Shown piece after piece: positions 1-7,158 of a DNA stretch of 31,484 nucleotides. The notes under the pieces are model-generated. The model saw only the letters and a list, made by a program, of their open reading frames with translations. It was not told the origin of the DNA and ran no database searches. Each line of letters opens with the position of its first letter. Within the stretch, counting starts at the first letter, position 1. Made by a program: the position numbers and the translations under genes. Source of the stretch: Acidobacteriota bacterium (GTDB lineage: Bacteria > Acidobacteriota > Vicinamibacteria > Fen-336); assembly GCA_016199625.1 (NCBI GenBank), contig JACQGI010000006.1, positions 1-31,484 on the forward strand, in the 5' to 3' direction.

Positions 1-20
1 ATCTTCGTCCCGCAGCTCGC

Positions 21-260
21 TCAGAACTTCGTCCCGGGCGCGAGCGCTGCCTGGCTCTTGGGGCAGGCCGCCGCCGCGACGGCCGTCCCGCAACTGCTGC
101 AGAACTTCGCGTCGGCGGGCAGGGGCGTCTGGCACTTGGGGCACGTCATGGCCGCGGGCAGAGCCGCGCCGCATCCGCTGCAGAACTTCGCCCCCGCCGC
201 CGCGGGGGTCTGGCACTTCGGGCAGGCGGTCGCCGGGGGAGCGGGAGCGCCGGGGCGCTG
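21..260. repeat. Coding tandem DNA repeat (ctgcagaacttcgc... three copies) encoding the zinc-ribbon repeats
   Basis: The motif cagaacttcg(c/t)c recurs at about 22, 100 and 181, each followed by a ggcgtctggcac-type segment. It lies inside the CDS 21..1109. Confidence 0.6.
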
Positions 261-1109
261 CCCGCCCGCCATGGCTCCGGCGATCATCTGCGGCATCATC
301 ATCCCGATCCCCGCGCCGAGGCCCAGGCTGGCGGCCCCTCCGCCTTCGCCGGGGTTCTGGGCCGCGGCCTCGATCCCGCGTGCGGCCTTGAAGGCCATAT
401 AGCGCTGCATGTCGCCGATGGCCCCCATGCCGGCCCGCTCGTCGATCATCTTCTGGACCTCCTCGGGCGGTGTGATCGCGCCGATGAGGAAGTCCACGAG
501 CTCCATCCCGTACTTTCCGAAATCGTCGGCGACGCGGCCCTTGAGCCCGCCGGCCAGCTCGTCGTAGTGGCGGGGCAGGTCGAGCACCGTCTTCAGGGTC
601 TCGCCCAGGAGGTCGTTCAGGCGGGCGACGCAGACGTCCCGCAGGAAGTCCTCGATGCTGTCGGTCGAGTAGAAGCCCTTGGTTCCCACGAGCTGCTGGA
701 GGAAGAGCGCCGGGTCGCCCACGCGCATGGAGAAGCGGCCGAACGCCCGAAGGCGGACCATGCTCAGCTCGCTGTCGCGGAAGACGATGGGCTCCTTGGT
801 GCCCCACTTGAGGTCCGTGAAGGTCTGCCGGCTGATGAAGTAGACCTGCGCCTGGAAGGGCGACGTGCCGCCGAATGGAAGCCCCACGAGCTTGCCGAGA
901 AGCGGCAGGTTCAGCGTCGAGAGCGTGTGGCGGCCCGCGGTGAACGTGTCGAGCGCCTTGCCGTCGAGGAAGAAGACGGCCCACTGGTTCTCCTGGACGA
1001 TGAGCTGGGCGCCCATCTTGATGTCGGCCGACCCCTGGGGCGGGAAGCGGTGGACGATCCCCTGGCCCGACTCGTCGAAGTGCTGGATGACCTCGATGGT
1101 GATGCCCAT
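21..1109 (-). CDS. SPFH/Band-7 (Band_7_1, COG4260 'virion-core-like') protein with C-terminal Gly/Met-rich linker and two tandem C-x2-C...C-x2-C zinc ribbons
   Basis: 362-aa ORF with an ATG start. The N-terminal ~250 aa matches the Band_7_1/SPFH family. The C-terminus repeats [11 protein letters not shown][SG][SG]CG twice (double zinc ribbon). The stop is at 21-23. Confidence 0.8.
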   Translation of the reverse strand: MGITIEVIQHFDESGQGIVHRFPPQGSADIKMGAQLIVQENQWAVFFLDGKALDTFTAGRHTLSTLNLPLLGKLVGLPFGGTSPFQAQVYFISRQTFTDLKWGTKEPIVFRDSELSMVRLRAFGRFSMRVGDPALFLQQLVGTKGFYSTDSIEDFLRDVCVARLNDLLGETLKTVLDLPRHYDELAGGLKGRVADDFGKYGMELVDFLIGAITPPEEVQKMIDERAGMGAIGDMQRYMAFKAARGIEAAAQNPGEGGGAASLGLGAGIGMMMPQMIAGAMAGGQRPGAPAPPATACPKCQTPAAAGAKFCSGCGAALPAAMTCPKCQTPLPADAKFCSSCGTAVAAAACPKSQAALAPGTKF

Positions 1110-1119
1110 TAGAGCCCCC

Positions 1120-1611
1120 TTACCGGATCCCCCGGAGGATCTCCTCTCGCTGCGCGAGGCGCGCGTCGAGGGCGTCGATCCGGGCGATCATCCCCTGGAC
1201 GCCCCCCTCGGTCCATTCGGTCGTCTGGCGGACCTGCTCGGCGTCCTGGACGAGCGAGAGGTCGAACTCGTAGACCCGCGCCAGGACCGCCTCGTCCACC
1301 TTGACGACGTCGAAGAAGCCGCTGTACCCGCGGTCGGCGTAGCGGACGCGGTTGATCACCTTGTCCAGGCGCTTCCGGGCCGTCTCGACGTCGTTGAGCG
1401 CGTCGAGGCCGCCCGTGCGCGTCGCTGCGGCCGACCAGTCGTCGAGCGCCTTCTTGCACTCCTCGAGACGTGCCGCCACGTATTCCCGCTGCAGCTTGTC
1501 GGCGTCGCGGCGAAGGTCACGGTCGAGGTACCCCTTGAAGAGAGGGATCTTCGAGCCGAGCCTCTCCAGGACGTTCTGGCTGGCGCGGGCCTTGTCGAGG
1601 ATCGGATCCAT
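1120..1611 (-). CDS. Hypothetical soluble 163-aa protein, operon partner immediately upstream of the SPFH gene
   Basis: ATG at 1611 is preceded by GGAGAGG. The stop is 8 nt before the SPFH start. No TM segment and no domain I can recognise. Confidence 0.6.
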   Translation of the reverse strand: MDPILDKARASQNVLERLGSKIPLFKGYLDRDLRRDADKLQREYVAARLEECKKALDDWSAAATRTGGLDALNDVETARKRLDKVINRVRYADRGYSGFFDVVKVDEAVLARVYEFDLSLVQDAEQVRQTTEWTEGGVQGMIARIDALDARLAQREEILRGIR

Positions 1612-1661
1612 GGGACTCTCCTCCCCGAGAGAGAACTACGAGGACGACGGCGAGGGGTTCG

Positions 1662-1692
1662 GCAAAAACGGCGCCCTCGCTTCGCAAGGGCG
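1662..1692 (-). terminator. Rho-independent terminator downstream of the receiver gene
   Basis: The minus-strand RNA folds as cgcccttgc-GAA-gcgagggcg (9-bp stem, GAA loop) followed by ccgUUUUUg, starting 5 nt after the stop at 1698. Confidence 0.55.
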
Positions 1693-1697
1693 AGTCG

Positions 1698-2081
1698 CTA
1701 GGACAGGTTCGTCCCGGACTCCAGCATCGTGTTGACGATGGTGAGGAGTTTGTTGGCCGTGAAGGGCTTGTTGATGTACATCACGGCGCCGGACTCGAAG
1801 CCCTCGGCCAGCGCCTCACCGCCGCCTTTCGCGGTCAGGAAGATCACCGGGATGTCCTTGAGACGCGGGTCCTCCTTGATCTTGCGGCAGACCGTGAAGC
1901 CGTCCACCTCCGGCATCATGACGTCGAGCAGCACGAGATCGAAGGTCTTGTCGGCCAGGAGCTTCAGCGCCTCGGCGCCTCCCTGGGCGCCCGTGACGTC
2001 GAAGCCCTTCTGCTCCAGGATGGTCTTCTCGAGGTTCAGGATGTTCTCGTCGTCGTCGACGACAAGGATCCGCTTGGCCAT
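1698..2081 (-). CDS. Stand-alone response-regulator receiver domain (CheY-like)
   Basis: 127 aa containing ILVVDDDENIL...LVLLDVMMPEVDGF...IPVIFLTAKG, with the conserved D, D and K of the receiver fold. An AGGTCAC/GGAGG SD precedes the ATG. Confidence 0.85.
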   Translation of the reverse strand: MAKRILVVDDDENILNLEKTILEQKGFDVTGAQGGAEALKLLADKTFDLVLLDVMMPEVDGFTVCRKIKEDPRLKDIPVIFLTAKGGGEALAEGFESGAVMYINKPFTANKLLTIVNTMLESGTNLS

Positions 2082-2123
2082 CAGTGACCTCCGGAGACTG
2101 ACCTGATCAGGTGAGGTCGGATT

Positions 2124-2591
2124 CTAGCAGGGTCCTCGGGGCTTGTCAGCAACAAAGGCCCTGAGGACGGACTCCATCTCCCACAAGAAGAACCACAGAG
2201 TACCGGCGCGTGCCTCGATGCGCGAGAGCGCGCCGGCGGCCTCCAGCAGGCCGCCGGCCGCGGCCCGCTCGGCGTCCTCGCCCGCAGCCACCCAGCGATC
2301 CAGGTAGCCGCGGACCAGGTTCTCGTCGCCGTCGTCCCAGGTCCCCTCCAGGGGCTCGAGGAAGCGGCGGGCCAGCGCACGGCTCGCGGCCGGCTCGTTC
2401 CAGCCGGCCCCGCGCGGGCCGCCGGTCACCGACGCGAGACGGCGCAGTCGCCGGTCGAGCAGCGCGAGGAACGCCGTGGCCGACTCGGGACGGGGGCGCG
2501 GGAGCGCCCGGCGAACGGCCGCGACGAGCGGGTGCCTGCGCGGCGCCGGCACATCCCCCCTAGCGCGCGAAGAAGACGAGGTCGAGGACAT
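2124..2591 (-). CDS. Hypothetical protein (155 aa)
   Basis: ATG at 2591 with GAGGT about 5 nt upstream. High GC3 through the body. The opposite-strand ORF is RP-rich garbage. It overlaps the 3' end of the upstream lipoprotein gene by 32 nt. No recognised domain. Confidence 0.4.
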   Translation of the reverse strand: MSSTSSSSRARGDVPAPRRHPLVAAVRRALPRPRPESATAFLALLDRRLRRLASVTGGPRGAGWNEPAASRALARRFLEPLEGTWDDGDENLVRGYLDRWVAAGEDAERAAAGGLLEAAGALSRIEARAGTLWFFLWEMESVLRAFVADKPRGPC

Positions 2592-3057
2592 TCGACCTCA
2601 CGTCGTCCACCTCGACCCAGATCCGAAGGCCGCCCTCCGCTCGGACGCTGAGCGTGACGAAGTACTCCTCTTCGGCGATCTTCACCGCCTCGCGGTCGCC
2701 CTCGAACGTCCACTCGGGCGAACGGCGTGGCTCCGTGGGCTTGTTGTCGGCCCCCTTCACGACGAGGTCGACGCTGGCCTTGCAGCCGACCGGGATCGCG
2801 CGGTCGTTCTCGGAGCCCGGCACCGCCGCTCCCTCGCAAACCACGCCGAGCACCTTGATCGTGGCCTTCGTGACCGGGAGGGGGGTGGGGGAAGGCTCCG
2901 GCGCGGGGCTGGGGGACGGCTCCGGGCTCGGAGCGGGGCTGGAAGCAGGAACGAGATGGTCCGATGTCCCCGTGAGCCCCGTGGGCGATCCCGCGCCGCC
3001 GCAAGCGGCGAGGGCCGCGGCGAGAAGGCCCGCCGCCAGAGCACGTTTCCGCACCAT
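2560..3057 (-). CDS. Lipoprotein, paralog A: signal peptide + lipobox (LAACGG), Pro/Ser-rich linker, ~100-aa two-Cys C-terminal domain
   Basis: I favour the ATG at 3057 (MVRKRALAAGLLAAALAACGG) because GAGAGAGG lies 3-10 nt upstream. The track start at 3075 is the alternative. The C-terminal domain is homologous to the lipoprotein at 4069..4629 (VVCEGAAVPGSEN...GCK...NKPTE). Confidence 0.65.
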   Translation of the reverse strand: MVRKRALAAGLLAAALAACGGAGSPTGLTGTSDHLVPASSPAPSPEPSPSPAPEPSPTPLPVTKATIKVLGVVCEGAAVPGSENDRAIPVGCKASVDLVVKGADNKPTEPRRSPEWTFEGDREAVKIAEEEYFVTLSVRAEGGLRIWVEVDDVRSNVLDLVFFAR

Positions 3058-3122
3058 CGCCTCTCTCGGCACCATGACGAAGCGCCTATCTTGCCACGGC
3101 CGAACCGCGACGACAACGCACC

Positions 3123-4088
3123 GTGTGTCACAATGCGCGACCGATGCGGCGGCTCTTCCTCTTCCTCGTCCTCGCCGCCGCGCCGGCGTTCGGGGACTCC
3201 CTCACCGTCGTCGTGTTCCTCGACGAGGACGGCGACGGGCGGCTGGGCGAGGACGAGCGGATCCGGATCCCCGGGGTCCTGATCGAGGTGGCCGGCCGGC
3301 TGCAGCCCTCGGGAGCGGACGGCCGCGGCCTGTTCGACGCCGTGCCGCCGGGCGAGCAGACCGTCGTGCTTCAGCAGGGGACGCTCCCGGCCTTCCACCT
3401 GGCCGGCCCCCCGGTGCGGGCCCACGTCTCCGGCGGCGTCGAGGTGGCCCTCCCGGTCCGGCTGCCCATCGGCGACAACCGGGCGGGGACTTACATGGCG
3501 TTCGGCGACAGCCTCACCGAGGGCGTGGGCTCGAGCGACCGGGCCGGCTACCGCGCGCGGCTCGAGGCGCGGCTGCGCGCCCACTTCGGCGCCGCGACGG
3601 TGATCGACGCCGGCGCCTCGCGCACGATCGCCCACCAGGGCGCACGCCGGATCGCCGCCGCGCTCGCCCGTCACCGGCCGGCGTACGTGCTCATCCTGTA
3701 CGGAACCAACGACTGGAACGACCAGGATCCCTGCGACCCGGCCACGACGTGCTCGACGGTGCGGAGCCTGCGCCGGATCGTGCAGCGGGCGAAGGACGCC
3801 CACAGCCTTCCGGTGATCGCCACGCTGCCGCCCACGCGGGTCGGGGCCGGCCCCTTCGCGACGCCCGAGCGCAACGCCTGGGTCGAGCGCACGAACGCCC
3901 TCGTCCGCGCGCTGGCGCGCGAGGAGGGGGCCCTGCTCGTGGACGTCCACGCGGCGCTGGCCGGCATCCCGGCGGATCGGCTCTTCGCGGACAGCCTGCA
4001 CCCGAACGAGGCCGGCTACGAGCGGATCGCCGCGGCGTTCTTCGAGGCGCTGATCGCCCCCGGGCCGGTCAGCGCGGATGGAAGGTGA
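3123..4088 (+). CDS. Secreted SGNH/GDSL hydrolase with N-terminal signal peptide and a beta-sandwich (SdrD-B/CarboxypepD_reg-like) domain
   Basis: Motifs FGDSLTEG (block I), ILYGTNDW (block III) and DSLHPNEAGY (block V, catalytic D-x-x-H). The signal peptide is MRRLFLFLVLAAAPAFG, with ATG at 3123 or 3144. Confidence 0.8.
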   Translation: MCHNARPMRRLFLFLVLAAAPAFGDSLTVVVFLDEDGDGRLGEDERIRIPGVLIEVAGRLQPSGADGRGLFDAVPPGEQTVVLQQGTLPAFHLAGPPVRAHVSGGVEVALPVRLPIGDNRAGTYMAFGDSLTEGVGSSDRAGYRARLEARLRAHFGAATVIDAGASRTIAHQGARRIAAALARHRPAYVLILYGTNDWNDQDPCDPATTCSTVRSLRRIVQRAKDAHSLPVIATLPPTRVGAGPFATPERNAWVERTNALVRALAREEGALLVDVHAALAGIPADRLFADSLHPNEAGYERIAAAFFEALIAPGPVSADGR

Positions 4089-4629
4089 GCCGCAGCTCCG
4101 TGGACTTCACGCCGTCGATCTCGCCCACGATGCCCAGCCGGCCCGCCGCCTTGACGACCAGCACCGGCGTGAAGGTGTCCTCTTTCACCGTGACGAGGCT
4201 GCGGTCGCTGTAGTGCCAGATGGGCTCGCCCCGGGCCTCGGTGGGCTTGTTGTTCGAGTCCTTCGGCGTCATGTCGAGGTGGACCTTGCAGCCGACCCCG
4301 GCCGAAGTGGCGTTCTCCGAGCCCGGCACGCTCTGGCCGTCGCACACCACGAACATCACCTTGAGGCCGACCTTGACCACGGGCTTGGAACTGCTCGGCG
4401 GCGCGGGCTCTGGTGTGGGCTGCGGCGCTGACGGGGTCGGCTGGGGTGCCGGGGTCGGTGTCGGCATCGCGCCGGGCCCCGGGGCGATTTGCAGGGGCCC
4501 CGGCGTCACGAGGCCGAGCGGGTTGCTGAACGGGGCGCCCCCTTCCGAGGCAGGCTCCGGCTGAGTCTGGCACGCCGGGAGCGCCGCCAGGATCAGGAGG
4601 GACGCCGCAGCCAATCGCTTCATGATCAC
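4069..4629 (-). CDS. Lipoprotein, paralog B: signal peptide + lipobox (LPACQ), Pro-rich linker (TPTPAPQPTPSAPQPTPEPAPP), two-Cys C-terminal domain
   Basis: 186 aa, with a GTG start at 4629 or ATG at 4623. The C-terminal domain aligns with paralog A (FVVCDGQSVPGSEN...GCK...NNKPTE). Its 3' end overlaps the GDSL gene by 20 nt in convergent orientation. Confidence 0.7.
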   Translation of the reverse strand: MIMKRLAAASLLILAALPACQTQPEPASEGGAPFSNPLGLVTPGPLQIAPGPGAMPTPTPAPQPTPSAPQPTPEPAPPSSSKPVVKVGLKVMFVVCDGQSVPGSENATSAGVGCKVHLDMTPKDSNNKPTEARGEPIWHYSDRSLVTVKEDTFTPVLVVKAAGRLGIVGEIDGVKSTELRLTFHPR

Positions 4630-4690
4630 CCCACTCGATCAATGTCAGAACTGACTTCAGATTCTGAGGCTTAATTAAGCCTCAGTCAAT
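4630..4690 (-). promoter_or_regulatory. AT-rich promoter for lipoprotein B (TTGACT-N17-CAGAAT) whose spacer is a perfect 22-bp palindrome ctgaggcttaa|ttaagcctcag
   Basis: On the minus strand the sequence reads TTGACTGAGGCTTAATTAAGCCTCAGAATC. The palindrome (~4664-4685) also covers the lpxB stop codon. Smaller palindromes gtcag-aa-ctgac and tcaga-t-tctga lie downstream. An SD GGGGTGAT sits before the start. Confidence 0.4.
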
Positions 4691-5866
4691 GAAATTCTGA
4701 AGTTTCTGGGGCGACATGTCTTGGGCCTCGAGGATGTCCCGGACCGCCGCGGCCGCCCGGGCGGACGCCCCGGGCGCTCCCAGGCGACGGCGCACCTCTT
4801 CGAGGTCGGCCCGCATGCGGGCTGCGCGGCCGGCGTCCTCGAGCAGCGCCTGCGCCTCCTGAGCCACGCGCTCGGCCGTGAAGTCCTGCTGGATCAACTC
4901 CGGCACCACGCGTCGCTCGGCGATCAGGTTGACCATCGCATAGTGCGGAACGCGGACCAGAGGCCGTCCCAGGGCGTAGGTCAGGGGAGAGAGCCGATAG
5001 ACGACGACCATCGGAGTCCCGAGCAGGGCCGTCTCGACGGTCGCGGTCCCGGACGCCACGAGGGCGAGGTCCGCGATGCCGACGGCCGCGTGGGTGGCGC
5101 CGGCGAGGGTCCGGACGTTGAGGCCGGCCAGGGGCTCCTCGAAGAGCGCCATCTCGAGGGACGGAGCGACCGCCAGGACGAACTGGAGGTCGGGCCGCCG
5201 CTCCGCGAGGAGGCGGACCGCGCCCGCCAGGGGCGGCAGGTTGTGGGCCACCTCGCGCGGTCGGCTGCCCGGAAGCAGCGCGACGACGGGCCGCGCGGGA
5301 TCGAGGCCATGGCCGCGCAGGAAGCCGGCCCGGTCGGCCGGCGGCCGCACGAGGTCCACGAGCGGGTGGCCGACGAAGGACACGGGAACGCCCGCCTCGC
5401 GGTAGAGCGCTTCCTCGAAGGGGAAGATGACCAGCATGCGGGTGACGGTGTCGCGGATGGCCCGGATCCGCCCCCGTCTCCAGGCCCAGACCTGTGGCGA
5501 GACGTAGTAGACGACGGGGATGCCCCGGCGCCGCAGCTCGCGGGCGAGCCGCAAGTTGAAGTCGGGGTAGTCCACGAGGACCGCCGCACGCGGTGGATCT
5601 CGGTCCACCTCCTCGAGGACGCGGCGGAACACCTCGCGGATGCGGGGCAGGTGCCGGAGCACCTCGAGGAGCCCGACGACCGCGAGATCGCGCACGTGTG
5701 CCACGAGGTCCGCGTTCTGTTCGCGCAGCCGGTCGCCGCCGAGCCCGAAGACGGCCAGGTCGGGTGTTTCGATTCGAATGTGGCGTACGAGCTCCGCGGC
5801 GTACAAATCGCCGGAGGGCTCGCCACAGGAGACCAGAAGCCGAGGCGTCCGCGGGGAGGGGCTCAC
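4682..5866 (-). CDS. lpxB: Lipid-A-disaccharide synthase
   Basis: A GT19-family match runs from ...LLVSCGEPSGDLYAAELV... to the C-terminus. I propose a GTG start near 5866 (V147 of the 540-aa track ORF). The upstream track extension is RP-rich and has no internal Met. Confidence 0.85.
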   Translation of the reverse strand: MSPSPRTPRLLVSCGEPSGDLYAAELVRHIRIETPDLAVFGLGGDRLREQNADLVAHVRDLAVVGLLEVLRHLPRIREVFRRVLEEVDRDPPRAAVLVDYPDFNLRLARELRRRGIPVVYYVSPQVWAWRRGRIRAIRDTVTRMLVIFPFEEALYREAGVPVSFVGHPLVDLVRPPADRAGFLRGHGLDPARPVVALLPGSRPREVAHNLPPLAGAVRLLAERRPDLQFVLAVAPSLEMALFEEPLAGLNVRTLAGATHAAVGIADLALVASGTATVETALLGTPMVVVYRLSPLTYALGRPLVRVPHYAMVNLIAERRVVPELIQQDFTAERVAQEAQALLEDAGRAARMRADLEEVRRRLGAPGASARAAAAVRDILEAQDMSPQKLQNFID

Positions 5867-6077
5867 GGCGGCGGCCAGTATAGTGCCTCGGCGCGTGGCC
5901 GGTGTCCTCGGGGCGGGGCGGCTCTGTCCCTCGGCTGCGACAAGCCGGATCGCCGTCCCAGGGGACGAACGACCTGAAGCGCAACGACTTCCATCGAAGC
6001 GACGCGCCTCGCTCCGCGGGCACGCGGATTGCACTTGCGTCTGGCGCGACAATCGCGGACGACACGGAGGACGAGAA

Positions 6078-7145
6078 ATGAGCGCAAGGATCGCGGCGGC
6101 CGTCGTACTCACGCTGGTGGCCCAGCCCGCGCTGGCGGACAACGCCAAACGGCGGGACGGAGGGTCGAGCTCGTCGTCCTCCTCCGGCTCGCGGCACCCT
6201 TCCGGCGGCTCGGGCTCGGGCTCGCACGTGTCGTCGTCCGGCGGCAGCCACGCCTCGTCGCCGCCCCTCACCGACGCACAGCGCCGGCATCCGCGCGCGG
6301 GCACCGGCCACGGTGGCCGCTACCACCCGGGCCATCGCTCCTACGGCCATCGCTACTACGGCTACCCGTACTATCGCAGCTACTACTACGGCTACTACCC
6401 GTATTCCTCCTGGGGCTACTACGGCTACTACGGTTCCCCGTACTACTACGGCCATCGTTACGGCTCCAGCTACGGCGGGTCCGGTTCCGTGCGCGTCCTC
6501 GTGGACCCCGAGAAGACGCGGGTTTACGTGGACGGCTACTACGCCGGCGTGGCCGACGACTTCGACGGCCTCTTCCAGCGACTCTACGTCGCCCCCGGCC
6601 GCCACGAGCTCACGCTGAAGCTCGAGGGTTACCGGAGCCACCGGATGAAGATCTACGTTCCCTACGGCCGAACGGTCAAAGTCCACCACGACATGATCAA
6701 AGGGAGCGGGGAGGATCCGGTCGAGGACCTGGCTGGGCCCATCGACCGTGAGGACGAGGACTGGGCCGATCGGGACCGCGACCGCTATGGGGATCGGCGC
6801 GATCGTGACGAGGACGACGATGGCGATGGGGACGCCGGTTACGGGCCCGACGACGACCGCGACCGGGGCCGCGACCGGGAGCGCGACCGCGACCGGGATC
6901 GTGTCTCCCGATCCGAGGAGCGCAGTCCCCGCGCCGAGCTGCGCCTCACCGTCCGCCCCGACGACGCCTCGGTCTACCTCGACGGCGAGTTCCGCGGCTC
7001 CGCCCGCCAGCTCCGGAGCCTCGACGTGCCGCCGGGCAAGCACAGGGTCGAGGTCGTGCGTCCGGGGTTCCGGACCTGGGACCGCGAGGTGGAGGTCCGG
7101 GACGGCGAGCCCGTAACCCTCGACGTGGAGCTGGAGCGGCCCTGA
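6078..7145 (+). CDS. Secreted low-complexity protein with two PEGA domains, a Ser/Gly-rich and Tyr/Gly-rich N-terminal region and a central Arg-Asp (RD) dipeptide-repeat region
   Basis: ATG at 6078 follows GGAGGACGAG. The signal peptide is MSARIAAAVVLTLVAQPALA. The PEGA-like blocks are VRVLVDPEKTRVYVDGYYAG...LKLEGYRSHRMKIYV and LRLTVRPDDASVYLDGEFRG...HRVEVVRPGFRTWDREVEV. Confidence 0.75.
   Translation: MSARIAAAVVLTLVAQPALADNAKRRDGGSSSSSSSGSRHPSGGSGSGSHVSSSGGSHASSPPLTDAQRRHPRAGTGHGGRYHPGHRSYGHRYYGYPYYRSYYYGYYPYSSWGYYGYYGSPYYYGHRYGSSYGGSGSVRVLVDPEKTRVYVDGYYAGVADDFDGLFQRLYVAPGRHELTLKLEGYRSHRMKIYVPYGRTVKVHHDMIKGSGEDPVEDLAGPIDREDEDWADRDRDRYGDRRDRDEDDDGDGDAGYGPDDDRDRGRDRERDRDRDRVSRSEERSPRAELRLTVRPDDASVYLDGEFRGSARQLRSLDVPPGKHRVEVVRPGFRTWDREVEVRDGEPVTLDVELERP
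6318..6479. repeat. Coding low-complexity repeat (tactacggctac units) encoding a YYGY-type tyrosine-rich segment
   Basis: About 25 Tyr in 54 aa (RYHPGHRSYGHRYYGYPYYRSYYYGYYPYSSWGYYGYYGSPYYYGHRYGSSYGG). Confidence 0.6.
6744..6926. repeat. Coding dinucleotide-codon repeat (gaccgcgaccgg units) encoding an RD/RE/DD charged repeat
   Basis: The encoded stretch is DRDRDRYGDRRDRDEDDDGDGD...DRDRGRDRERDRDRDR. Confidence 0.6.
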
Positions 7146-7158
7146 GCCCCGCGCTCCC

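Noticed and set aside
5640-6077. N-terminal 146-codon extension of the PEGA protein ORF
   Set aside because: The extension is Arg/Ser-rich, is antisense to the lpxB 5' region, and has no signal peptide. An internal ATG at 6078 with a GGAGGACGAG SD and a canonical signal peptide is the real start.
6318-6926. Possible CRISPR-like or tandem non-coding repeats (tactacggctac and gaccgcgaccgg units)
   Set aside because: The repeats are in-frame codon repeats encoding YYGY and RD low-complexity protein segments inside a CDS. There are no spacer/repeat periodicity or flanking cas genes.
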